64,000 nt of DNA from Candidatus Dojkabacteria bacterium HGW-Dojkabacteria-1 (lineage in GTDB: Bacteria; Patescibacteriota; Dojkabacteria; SC72). Location of the stretch: NCBI GenBank assembly GCA_002840365.1, contig PHAO01000001.1:367514-431513 (forward strand), in the 5' to 3' direction. Below are positions 55,847-64,000 of this stretch, piece after piece. The position numbers and the translations under genes are program-made. Numbering within the stretch: the stretch's first letter is position 1; the number at the start of each line of letters is the position of its first letter. The notes under the pieces were generated by a model. That model saw nothing but the letters and a program-made list of their open reading frames with translations. It was not told the origin of the DNA and made no database searches.

Positions 55847-57955
55847 ATGATTAAAGAAAATACACTTTCTCCAAAAAGTATAGCAATTGTTGGAGCTTCA
55901 CAGGATAAAGAAAAAATTGGAAATGTAATACTTAGAAATCTCATCACAGGAGGATATAATGGAAAAATCTACCCAATTAATCCTAAATATAAGGAAGTTG
56001 AAGGGAAAGAATGTTTCCCAGACATTTTGAGTATCAGAGATAGTATTGAGATGGTATGTATTGTCGTACCATCCCAATTTGTAAATGCAATTATAGATCA
56101 ATGTATTCAGAAGAAAACACAAACAGTAGTCATTATTTCAGCTGGTTTTAAAGAAATTGGAGAAGAAGGTAAAGAACTAGAAAATGAAATAGTAAATAAA
56201 TTAAAAAGTGCTGGAATACGGTTAATAGGTCCAAACAGTCTTGGCTTTATTAATAACAATGCAAACATCAACCTTTCTTTTGCAAGAACAAACCCTGGAG
56301 AAGGAACCACCGCCTTTATCTCTCAATCTGGAGCCTTTGCTACAGCTATTTTAGACATGGCATCTAAAGATAATGTTGGTTTTTCTAAAATAATATCAAT
56401 TGGTAACAAGGGAGATATACATGAGAATGAATTAATTGAATATTTTCAAAAAGACAGTGATACCCACTCTATAGCAATGTATTTAGAAGAGTTCTCTGAT
56501 GGCAAAGACTTCATAGAAATTGCACAAAAGATAGATAAGTCAATTGTAATAATAGCACCAGGTAGCTCTCAGAAAGGTACAGAAGCAATTTCTTCTCATA
56601 CTGGATCTCTTGCAAAATCATATGATGTTACCCTTGCTGCTATTAAAAAAGGAAATCTAATAAAGGTAGAAAGCTCAGAGGAAATGTTTGACACTCTCAA
56701 AGTAATTGCTACTAAGAAGCTCCCTAAGGGTAGAAATGTAGCAATAATTACTAATGCAGGAGGCCCTGGCATTATGGCAACGGACTTTGTTGAACAATTT
56801 GGTCTGAATATGGCAAATATTGGTGACAAAAGTAAAGAAAAATTAAAGAAAGATTTACCTATATTTGCAAATATAAATAACCCAATTGATATTCTTGGAG
56901 ATGCACTACTTGATAGATATGAAAAGGCAATAAAAGTAGCACTAGATGACGTAAATGTTGATACACTTTTAGTAATCCTCACTCCCCAATTGGTTACTGA
57001 TATTACTGGTGTAGCTAAAACTATAGCTGATATTCAAAAACAAACCTCAAAACCAATATTCTCATGTTTTCTTGGTGGTAAAGATATTGAAGATGGAAAT
57101 AAAATATTAAGAGCGTATGGTTTGTATTTTTCAAACAATATTGAAGATACTGTTAAACTTATTGGGAAGTTAACAAACTATGTAATTAATGAGACTACAT
57201 ATTCTATAAGGGATACATCTACTCTAAAGGCAAAGGGTAAGTATTTAAAGGAGATTGAGGAAGTAATCACAGAAGAATTAGAGGTTTTGGACGATGATAT
57301 TGTCTTTAAAATTGCCAAAGAATTCGCATTAGATTTACCCAACCAAATTATTACCTCTAATATAGATGAAGCAATAGAATTCTCATCTAAAAACTTCCCA
57401 GTGGCAATTAAAGCAACTTCGAAAGATTTAGCACACAAAACAGATTTTAAAGGATTATTCTTAGATATTAGAACTGTATCTGAGCTGCAAAATAAATTTA
57501 TAGAATTAACTGAAAATATCGAAAAGGTTACTGGTAAGAATACCCCAGAAATCCTTATACAGGAAATGTTTGAACCAAAAGCAGAATTTTTTATTGGTGC
57601 AAACAGAGAAGGGGAAGTGAATATTTATGAACCAAAGGGTTTTGGATTTGGACATTTAATTGCAATTGGCCAAGGAGGTATATATACAGAGGTACACAAA
57701 GATATTGAACACTTTCTTGTACCTGAGACATTAAAGAATATTAGAGAGTCTCTAGATAGAACTAAGATATCAAAAATTATAGATGGATACAGAGGGAAAT
57801 CACCACTAGCAAAAGAAGCTTTAATCGAAACAATAGACAAGATACAGAGTATCTTGGTAACCTATCCTGAGATATATACATTAGATATTAACCCTGTTAT
57901 TCTTACTGAAGAACGTGCAGTAGTAGTTGATATAAAAGTTTATATTAAAAAATAA
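55847..57955 (+). CDS. Acetyl-CoA synthetase (ADP-forming), fused alpha-beta
   Basis: CoA-binding N-terminus PKSIAIVGASQDKEKIGNVILRNL, succinyl-CoA-synthetase-like flavodoxin and ATP-grasp domains, 702 aa. Confidence 0.8.
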   Translation: MIKENTLSPKSIAIVGASQDKEKIGNVILRNLITGGYNGKIYPINPKYKEVEGKECFPDILSIRDSIEMVCIVVPSQFVNAIIDQCIQKKTQTVVIISAGFKEIGEEGKELENEIVNKLKSAGIRLIGPNSLGFINNNANINLSFARTNPGEGTTAFISQSGAFATAILDMASKDNVGFSKIISIGNKGDIHENELIEYFQKDSDTHSIAMYLEEFSDGKDFIEIAQKIDKSIVIIAPGSSQKGTEAISSHTGSLAKSYDVTLAAIKKGNLIKVESSEEMFDTLKVIATKKLPKGRNVAIITNAGGPGIMATDFVEQFGLNMANIGDKSKEKLKKDLPIFANINNPIDILGDALLDRYEKAIKVALDDVNVDTLLVILTPQLVTDITGVAKTIADIQKQTSKPIFSCFLGGKDIEDGNKILRAYGLYFSNNIEDTVKLIGKLTNYVINETTYSIRDTSTLKAKGKYLKEIEEVITEELEVLDDDIVFKIAKEFALDLPNQIITSNIDEAIEFSSKNFPVAIKATSKDLAHKTDFKGLFLDIRTVSELQNKFIELTENIEKVTGKNTPEILIQEMFEPKAEFFIGANREGEVNIYEPKGFGFGHLIAIGQGGIYTEVHKDIEHFLVPETLKNIRESLDRTKISKIIDGYRGKSPLAKEALIETIDKIQSILVTYPEIYTLDINPVILTEERAVVVDIKVYIKK

Positions 57956-57960
57956 TAGAC

Positions 57961-58737
57961 ATGGACAGTACCTGTGCAATTATCTTTTCCGCTGGAAAAG
58001 GATTAAGATTGAGACCATTAACTGAAAGAACTCCAAAGCCATTATTAGAGATAATAGAAGGAAAAGCCTTATTAGATTTCACTCTTGAATCATTATTAAA
58101 AATTGGAATACAAGATATATTCATAAATTATTCCTACGCAGGTGATCTTTTTCATAATTTTAAGGAGGAATACAAAGAGAGGTGTAACATTACTCTAATT
58201 GAAGAAAGCGAACCTCTTGGTCAAGGAGGAACTATTCTAAAAAATATTTCCAACTTGAGAAAATATAACAAAGTAATATGTTCAAATGGTGATACATATG
58301 CTCAGTATGATAGAGAGCTTTTTATTGATAAACATGAATCTTTAAAATCCTCTCTTACAATACTTTCTGATAATAGCAAAAATTTACCTAGAGAAATTCT
58401 ATCAAGTTATTCAAATCATATTAAAGGCTGTAGACTTAACAACAAACCTTACTACTATAAAAAAGAAATTTTTAATATAAATAAAAGAGTGAACTATCTT
58501 GGAGAATTTATATTCAATCCAAACGATATTCCTTTAATAAATTTTACAGAAGAATTTAGAGGGTTATTTGGAACAGATGACTTAATTGAAATTCTTCAAA
58601 AGAATGGAAAGAAAACAATGATATACAACAAGAAAATTGATTATTTTTTAAGTATGAATACATTAGAAGAATATGAAAATATTAAAAACTTTTGTAACAA
58701 CTCAAAACAATGTTTGAATATCCTCAAGAATTTTTAG
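57961..58737 (+). CDS. Sugar-phosphate nucleotidyltransferase (NTP_transferase family)
   Basis: CAIIFSAGKGLRLRPLTERTPKPLLEI G-x-G-x-R-L pyrophosphorylase signature. Confidence 0.55.
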   Translation: MDSTCAIIFSAGKGLRLRPLTERTPKPLLEIIEGKALLDFTLESLLKIGIQDIFINYSYAGDLFHNFKEEYKERCNITLIEESEPLGQGGTILKNISNLRKYNKVICSNGDTYAQYDRELFIDKHESLKSSLTILSDNSKNLPREILSSYSNHIKGCRLNNKPYYYKKEIFNINKRVNYLGEFIFNPNDIPLINFTEEFRGLFGTDDLIEILQKNGKKTMIYNKKIDYFLSMNTLEEYENIKNFCNNSKQCLNILKNF

Positions 58738-59579
58738 AAAACAATTCAGATCGCAATAAGGATCATAATTTAAGAATCCTACATGGACCATTTTCCCCAT
58801 TACACGTAGAATCTAAACTCTCTCAAGGTGCCCAAGTTGTCACATTATCTTCAAATACAGATGGAACAGTATATGTCCCAAGAACAGATGAAATAGAGAG
58901 AGAAGAACTATCGAAAAATCTTCAACAAGAAATATCAAGATTAGAAGATGAAAAAAAAGTAGGTGTAATAGGTGCTATTAATGAAATGATGTTTAAATAC
59001 GGAGAGCAAACATATGGAGAATATCTTCCCAGAACATACTCTTTAAATACTAGCACCTTAATTGGTTCCGAAGAAGAAAATTTTGATGGTAAATCACTTC
59101 ATCCTGTACTATTTATTAGCAATTTTCTTCTTAAAGAAGCAAAAAATGGTGAAATTAGGAAAGAGATTGTTTTACATCCTGATATTATATTTTTCTTATC
59201 AAAAGGGAGAAAGGAAGGATTAAAGACTAGTTTGGATTTTTTAAATGAAATGGCTTCTCAATTAGATATACAGCTATACTTTGAGAACATACAACTCGCA
59301 AACTCAACAATGCAAAAAGTTTTCTCTATGTTCACAGACCCCTTTCAATTATCAAATATGATTAGAAATTATGAAAAATTAGGAGTTGCTATAGACATAA
59401 AACATATGGAACAACATTTTTTACCAGAGAGCATAGCAAATAATATAGATTCGACAATTAATGCCATCGGGCATCCTTCAAGAGTATTAATTCATTCGAG
59501 AAAAGGTTTAGAACAAAAATACCCAAACACTTATAAAAGATGTATTCAGAGTGGAATACCTTGGGTAGTTGAAGAGTAG
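58710..59579 (+). CDS. Hypothetical protein, possibly xylose-isomerase-like TIM-barrel / sugar-phosphate isomerase
   Basis: Weak resemblance only (EIVLHPD, AIDIKHME); 28-nt overlap with upstream gene. Confidence 0.3.
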   Translation: MFEYPQEFLENNSDRNKDHNLRILHGPFSPLHVESKLSQGAQVVTLSSNTDGTVYVPRTDEIEREELSKNLQQEISRLEDEKKVGVIGAINEMMFKYGEQTYGEYLPRTYSLNTSTLIGSEEENFDGKSLHPVLFISNFLLKEAKNGEIRKEIVLHPDIIFFLSKGRKEGLKTSLDFLNEMASQLDIQLYFENIQLANSTMQKVFSMFTDPFQLSNMIRNYEKLGVAIDIKHMEQHFLPESIANNIDSTINAIGHPSRVLIHSRKGLEQKYPNTYKRCIQSGIPWVVEE

Positions 59580-59580
59580 C

Positions 59581-61239
59581 CTATTTCTTTTTTAAACAAG
59601 CATTAATAAAACCCATAAATATTGGATGAGGTTCTAAAAATCTTGTTTTAAGCTCAGGATGATACTGTGTAGCAACAAAAAAGGGATGAATATCCTTACT
59701 TAATTCTATTGCCTCAACTAAATTACCATCTGGACTCTTTCCACTTAATTTTAAGCCTGCTTTCTCCAATTGTCCCCTATATTCATTGTTAAACTCATAC
59801 CTGTGTCTATGTCTTTCCATTACAATAGGCAATTTATCAAAAAGCGTATTAGAATACTTTTTGTAAATAGATTCGAGTAGGGTACCTTTTTCAATTTTGC
59901 ATGGCCATGCACCAAGCCTTATTGTACCTCCAAATTTTCCATCTTTCAGTAACTTCTTTTGTTCTTCCATCAAATGAATTACCTGATGTTTACTCTTAGG
60001 ATTAACTTCTTCAGAATTAGCATTCTTTAGACCTAATACATTTCTTGAATACTCTATTACTGCCATTTGCATACCATAGCAAAGACCAAGATATGGAATT
60101 TTCTTCTCTCTAGCTATCTGTACAGCCTTAATCTTACCTTCTGCACCTCTACTTCCCCAGCCTTGAGGAACGACCAAACCATCCATCTCAAGTAATTTTT
60201 TCTGTAATCCCTTGTTAGTTGTAAAGTCATCAGCCACTATCCAATGAATATTTGGTTTAACTCCTTGCTCCCAAGATGCATGATTAATTGCTTCTAATAC
60301 AGATACATATGAATCCTTTAAATCAAATTTTCCACTTTTGTAATACTTCCCAACAATACCAATATTAACTTCCTTTCTTAAATTCCTCATTTTCTTAGTT
60401 TTCTTTTTCCATATGTCCATCAAATCAGTTTTCTTTGGTTTAAGACTTAATTTTTTTAATATATTCTTTCCTAGCCTATCCTTTTCAAAGTTCTCTGGTA
60501 CATCATATATGCAATCTACATCATGAGCAGAGATAACGTTTTCGACAGGTACAAAACAGTATCTTGCTAATTTTTCTCTTCTTACATCATCAAGACCCAT
60601 TTTAGATCTAGCAATTAGAAAATCTGGATGAAGACCATATCCATTTATCAATTTAGTTGAAATCTGTACAGGCTTACTCTTCATTTCCCCTAAAGTTCCA
60701 GGTACAGGAAGATATGAGACATGAACATGAATAACATCCTGTGGATTTTCAATCTTCATTATCTTGTTAGCCTCTAAGAACAATCCATTTCCAACTTCCC
60801 CGACAGTACCACCGATTTCAACAATTGTAATATCTGTTTTACTCTCTTTAGAGACATTCTTTATCCATGTGATAATTTCATCTGGGACATGATAGTCTAA
60901 ACTCACCCATTTCCCTTCATAGGCTAGAGATCTTTCGTCTTTTATAACTTTGTCTAAGATAGCACCACAGGTCATTGAGTTGGGTCTTGAAAAAGATTCA
61001 TTAACAAATCTTTCATATGAACCAATGTCCATATCAGTTTCAAATCCATCTTCCAAAACAAAGGTTTCACCATGTTCAAGTGGATTCATAGTGCCAGCAT
61101 CCACATTTAAATATGGATCTGCTTTAATCATAGTTATCTTGTAACCATATGATTTAAGGATAAAAGCTATAGAGGCGGCAGAGATGCCTTTTCCAATTCC
61201 AGAAATTACTCCACCAGATACAAAAATGTATTTAGACAT
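59581..61239 (-). CDS. pyrG: CTP synthase
   Basis: MSKYIFVSGGVISGIGKGI N-terminus, synthetase domain, GATase C-terminus (GLCYGMQ, HRHRYE). Confidence 0.95.
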   Translation of the reverse strand: MSKYIFVSGGVISGIGKGISAASIAFILKSYGYKITMIKADPYLNVDAGTMNPLEHGETFVLEDGFETDMDIGSYERFVNESFSRPNSMTCGAILDKVIKDERSLAYEGKWVSLDYHVPDEIITWIKNVSKESKTDITIVEIGGTVGEVGNGLFLEANKIMKIENPQDVIHVHVSYLPVPGTLGEMKSKPVQISTKLINGYGLHPDFLIARSKMGLDDVRREKLARYCFVPVENVISAHDVDCIYDVPENFEKDRLGKNILKKLSLKPKKTDLMDIWKKKTKKMRNLRKEVNIGIVGKYYKSGKFDLKDSYVSVLEAINHASWEQGVKPNIHWIVADDFTTNKGLQKKLLEMDGLVVPQGWGSRGAEGKIKAVQIAREKKIPYLGLCYGMQMAVIEYSRNVLGLKNANSEEVNPKSKHQVIHLMEEQKKLLKDGKFGGTIRLGAWPCKIEKGTLLESIYKKYSNTLFDKLPIVMERHRHRYEFNNEYRGQLEKAGLKLSGKSPDGNLVEAIELSKDIHPFFVATQYHPELKTRFLEPHPIFMGFINACLKKK

Positions 61240-61296
61240 ATCGGAACATTTAGAGGTTATTGAATAGGTTATAGGTCACAAAAAGAAAAGTCAACA

Positions 61297-61737
61297 TTAA
61301 TATGTAACCTTTCTTGGAAAATCTTGCCACTCTTCTACTAATTTTGCTGTTTCACTACTATCTAATCTTTGCATTTCTAATTTCTCGTTGTTACATGTTT
61401 CATCATTAAAACACATAATTAAAGCTTCCTTGTATGTATTACCATAGTATACTTTCTTTATCTTAGCCCAATTAATAGCTCCTTCACACATCTTGCATGG
61501 TTTACCAGTTGTATATATTACACATGATGATAAATCGAAAGATTTAAGCTTTTTACTGGCCTGTTTAATTACATTTATCTCTGCATGACATGTAGCGTCC
61601 CTATCTTTAACAACAGTATTGTGACTCTTAGCTAATATCTTTCCATCCTTTACGATTACTGCTCCAAAAGGTCCACCATGTCTCTTCTTCATACCCTTTC
61701 TTGCTTCTTCAAGTGCTATCTTCATGAACTCATTCAT
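61297..61737 (-). CDS. CMP/dCMP-type zinc deaminase (tRNA adenosine deaminase TadA-like)
   Basis: HAEINVI (H-A-E) and PCKMCEGAI (PCxxC) zinc-binding motifs; 146 aa. Confidence 0.7.
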   Translation of the reverse strand: MNEFMKIALEEARKGMKKRHGGPFGAVIVKDGKILAKSHNTVVKDRDATCHAEINVIKQASKKLKSFDLSSCVIYTTGKPCKMCEGAINWAKIKKVYYGNTYKEALIMCFNDETCNNEKLEMQRLDSSETAKLVEEWQDFPRKVTY

Positions 61738-62166
61738 GTATATAATTGTATATCAGTTTATTATCCATACTATCATGAGTGAAAAAGAAAATCAGCATCC
61801 TCAGGATACTCTCCTACAGGAGGCATATGATTTAACTGAAAACAGATGGAAATTTGTAGCCTTTAAGGATCTCAAAAGAGCAATTGTATACAGAATAGAG
61901 AAAGACAACAATGGAAGAAGAAATTGGGTAAGAACAGAATCTAAGGATGCTAAAGACAATTAGAAGTAATACATCTATTGCTACTTGTAAAAAAAATAGA
62001 TGATATAAATCTAAGGATATGTACAAGAGAATTACAAATACTAAAACCCAATGATACTAATAGTATACAACCACTATATATACCTGAACAAACAAACGAA
62101 GAACAAGAAGTTTTAGATATACAACTAAATAGTGGTTATCATATGATTATTAATGAGAATTCATTC

Positions 62167-63009
62167 CTATTCAAATCTCCTACTGAAATCTAAACCATCT
62201 GCATCAGCTTTTTTACCAGTTCTTCCCAAATCTTTTTCGTACCTACTAGCATATTCTTTGTATTTTCGAACCCTCTTTATCCTTTCCTTTACAGGATACT
62301 GATAGTTTATTCCAGGTCCATTTATACACCCTCCTTCACATGTCAAAATATCTAAAAATTTGTAATTTTTGTAATACCCATCCTTAAATCCATCTAAGAT
62401 CTTTATTATATTTCCCATACCTTCCATTACAAGAATATCTTTCTTTTTTAATATATGCTGATATTGTAAGGTATCAGAGAGACCTCCTGAAAGAGGATAT
62501 ATCTTAGTGTAGTCGTTGTAAAATTTATCAAAGGTGGCAATATGCTTAGTATCAGTAATCTCCTCTGGAATATTGTACTTAACAAAAAGCTCATCTAAAT
62601 CTCTAAAAGTCAAAGCTTCATCTATTGTATCTAATTCTTGAGCTTCCATCTTTTTAGTTAAACATGGACCAACAAAGACATTAACATAGCCTGGAAAGTG
62701 CTTTCTACAAATTAATCCCATACTACCCATAGGGGAATGCACAGGAACAAGATTACGAAGTAAATGAGGATACTTACCTCTAATTACATTAACCAAAGTA
62801 GGGCAAGGAGATGATATCCAAGTCCTGTCATTATTCTCCTTAAGTATTTGATAGTAATTAAGATTAGTCATCTTAGCACCAAAGGTTACTTCTACAACCT
62901 TATCAAAACCCAAAGCTCTCAATCTATATACAATATCAGGATAGTCATATACAGAAATAAATGATGGGGCTAACATACATAGATATTTTTTCTTTTTATC
63001 AAATTCCAA
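62167..63009 (-). CDS. [FeFe]-hydrogenase H-cluster domain-only protein (minimal, 280 aa), variant L1/L3 motifs
   Basis: LRALGFDKVVEVTFGA (cf. LGFDxVFDTxFxAD), L1-like SSPCPTLV, SPMGSMGLICRK (cf. SPQQMFG), L2 VGPCLTKKMEA (cf. MPCTAKKFEA), L3 LTCEGGCINGPG (cf. MACPGGCxxGGG). Confidence 0.6.
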   Translation of the reverse strand: MEFDKKKKYLCMLAPSFISVYDYPDIVYRLRALGFDKVVEVTFGAKMTNLNYYQILKENNDRTWISSPCPTLVNVIRGKYPHLLRNLVPVHSPMGSMGLICRKHFPGYVNVFVGPCLTKKMEAQELDTIDEALTFRDLDELFVKYNIPEEITDTKHIATFDKFYNDYTKIYPLSGGLSDTLQYQHILKKKDILVMEGMGNIIKILDGFKDGYYKNYKFLDILTCEGGCINGPGINYQYPVKERIKRVRKYKEYASRYEKDLGRTGKKADADGLDFSRRFE

Positions 63010-63076
63010 TTTAAAAATATCAAAACTTAATTACATACATACTAAACATTTACTACTTTAATTTCAAATATATATT

Positions 63077-63610
63077 GTGATACACTTAAATATGCAATTA
63101 ACAAAGGAAAAAAGATATACACTTTTAGGACTAGATTTAAATACTCTAACCCTCTATACAATATATCTTTTTGCATTCCTAATTCCTCTTGTAGTAGGGC
63201 ATCCTCAACTACTGGTAGGTAGTGCAATTAATTTCCTAATTATTTTCTCTACACTTAGATATGGCTTTAAGAGATCTCTTCCTGTTCTCATAACACCATC
63301 ACTAGTAGCAACTGGTACAGGTTTACTCTTTGGTAGTGCAACTCTTTTCCTAGTGTATCTAATGCCTTTTATAATGGTATCAAATATAATACTTTCATAT
63401 ACAATATCTAAACAAAATAACGTTTTAGGAATAGCTCTTGGTATCTTTTTTAAGGTAGCATTCCTTTATACATTTACTTCCATACTTGTACAAAATATCG
63501 GATTACCAAGTATTTTTTTAAACTCTATGGGACTTATACAAATATATACTGCACTAATAGGGGGTAGTATTGCTTTTGTATTAAACATTTTTACACACAA
63601 GATTAAGTAG
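63077..63610 (+). CDS. Small polytopic membrane protein, possibly ECF-transporter S-component-like
   Basis: 177 aa, 5-6 predicted TM helices; size/hydropathy only. Confidence 0.3.
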   Translation: MIHLNMQLTKEKRYTLLGLDLNTLTLYTIYLFAFLIPLVVGHPQLLVGSAINFLIIFSTLRYGFKRSLPVLITPSLVATGTGLLFGSATLFLVYLMPFIMVSNIILSYTISKQNNVLGIALGIFFKVAFLYTFTSILVQNIGLPSIFLNSMGLIQIYTALIGGSIAFVLNIFTHKIK

Positions 63611-63802
63611 GTTTGACAACTTCATTAGAAAGATATACGTTCATATATAGAACCACAAAGAAAGCGATGACACATGAACCTCCTTTGGTCGCTGATAGGT
63701 TTATGATGAGCAAATTGCGAAACCGGTCTTAGTTGTTTTACAACACTTAGGCTGGTAATTTTTTCAACCTAGGTATATTTAATATATTTTTACCCTTTTA
63801 AG

Positions 63803-64000
63803 ATGAAAAAAATCTTATTTGGTTTCCTAGGTATATTCCTAGTAATAGGGATAGTAGCAGGAACAGGTTATGCTCTGTTTAGTAGCAAGGTTTCGATGAC
63901 GGGAGTTGTCTTAGGAACTGCTACTCCCTCTTTGGAAATAGGAACAGACAAATTTACTCCAGAGGTTACATGGTATACAACCTTGCCTGTGGATGGACAA
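63803..64000 (+). CDS. Exported protein, 3' partial; signal peptide resembling SipW-cognate (TasA/camelysin-type) class
   Basis: MKKILFGFLGIFLVIGIVAGTGYALFSSKVSMTG (cf. G-T-x-A-x-F-S/T-D motif); runs off window end. Confidence 0.3.
   Translation, partial: MKKILFGFLGIFLVIGIVAGTGYALFSSKVSMTGVVLGTATPSLEIGTDKFTPEVTWYTTLPVDGQ

Noticed and set aside
61724-62193. Two small + strand ORFs (61724..61963, 61978..62193) between the deaminase and hydrogenase-like genes
   Set aside because: The first overlaps the deaminase start unless trimmed to an internal Met (61775). Neither has a recognisable domain or start context. They may be real small proteins but evidence is insufficient, so they are not listed as features.
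63611-63802. Possible small ncRNA or 20-aa micro-ORF (MTHEPPLVADRFMMSKLRNRS) in a locally GC-richer 190-nt intergenic region with a TTGACA hexamer
   Set aside because: No convincing conserved structure, terminator or promoter spacing could be established by eye. It would need covariance-model scanning or RNA-seq.
1-64000. Alternative genetic code (e.g. UGA-Gly code 25 seen in some candidate phyla)
   Set aside because: Under the standard code, conserved proteins are full length with normal termini (GatA 474 aa, DnaE 1132 aa, UvrB 655 aa, PyrG 552 aa). No in-frame TGA recoding is needed.

Overview
This window is low-GC (about 30%) bacterial DNA with tightly packed, often overlapping genes, standard genetic code, and three tRNAs: Gly-UCC, Gln-UUG and Pro-UGG. 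Most of it is housekeeping. Recognisable genes include gatA, lgt, gpmI, rplS, dnaE, uvrC, uvrB, mutL, rsmI-like, nadK, lexA, nrdR-nrdD-nrdG, trxB, map, obg, pyrG and a tadA-like deaminase. A fermentative module sits at 53.3-58 kb: a 2-oxoacid:ferredoxin oxidoreductase alpha/beta pair, an ADP-forming acetyl-CoA synthetase, and a minimal [FeFe]-hydrogenase H-domain protein at 62.2-63.0 kb. Gene content (anaerobic class III RNR, OFOR, ADP-forming acetyl-CoA synthetase, giant Cys-rich surface proteins, few biosynthetic genes) suggests an anaerobic fermenter, possibly Patescibacteria/CPR-like; this is an inference. Three accessory regions stand out. (1) 9.8-12.7 kb carries a three-gene overlapping operon: a membrane-anchored transglutaminase-like exoprotein whose catalytic Cys appears replaced by Ser, a membrane-tethered cytoplasmic HEPN-like (Rx4H) protein, and a secreted Ig-like protein, next to an XRE regulator. 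(2) 26.4-37.3 kb is a cell-surface locus with two paralogous giant Cys-rich proteins sharing an N-terminal TM+FN3 module and a homologous C-terminal domain; they flank a P-type ATPase, tRNA-Pro and an adhesin with six ~300-bp tandem FN3-like repeats. (3) 44.66-46.85 kb is a 2.2-kb GC-rich island (about 45% GC) of small lipoprotein or secreted genes, each followed by a hairpin, bounded on the left by GAGGGTCT-core inverted repeats, and containing a 9-bp x7 in-frame microsatellite. Candidate regulatory sites include GGTATACTA repeats upstream of lexA, two NrdR-box-like palindromes plus a 12-bp inverted repeat upstream of nrdR, and a MarR operator-like inverted repeat. No CRISPR array, rRNA, integrase or transposase was seen. 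Coordinates counted by hand may be off by 1 nt.
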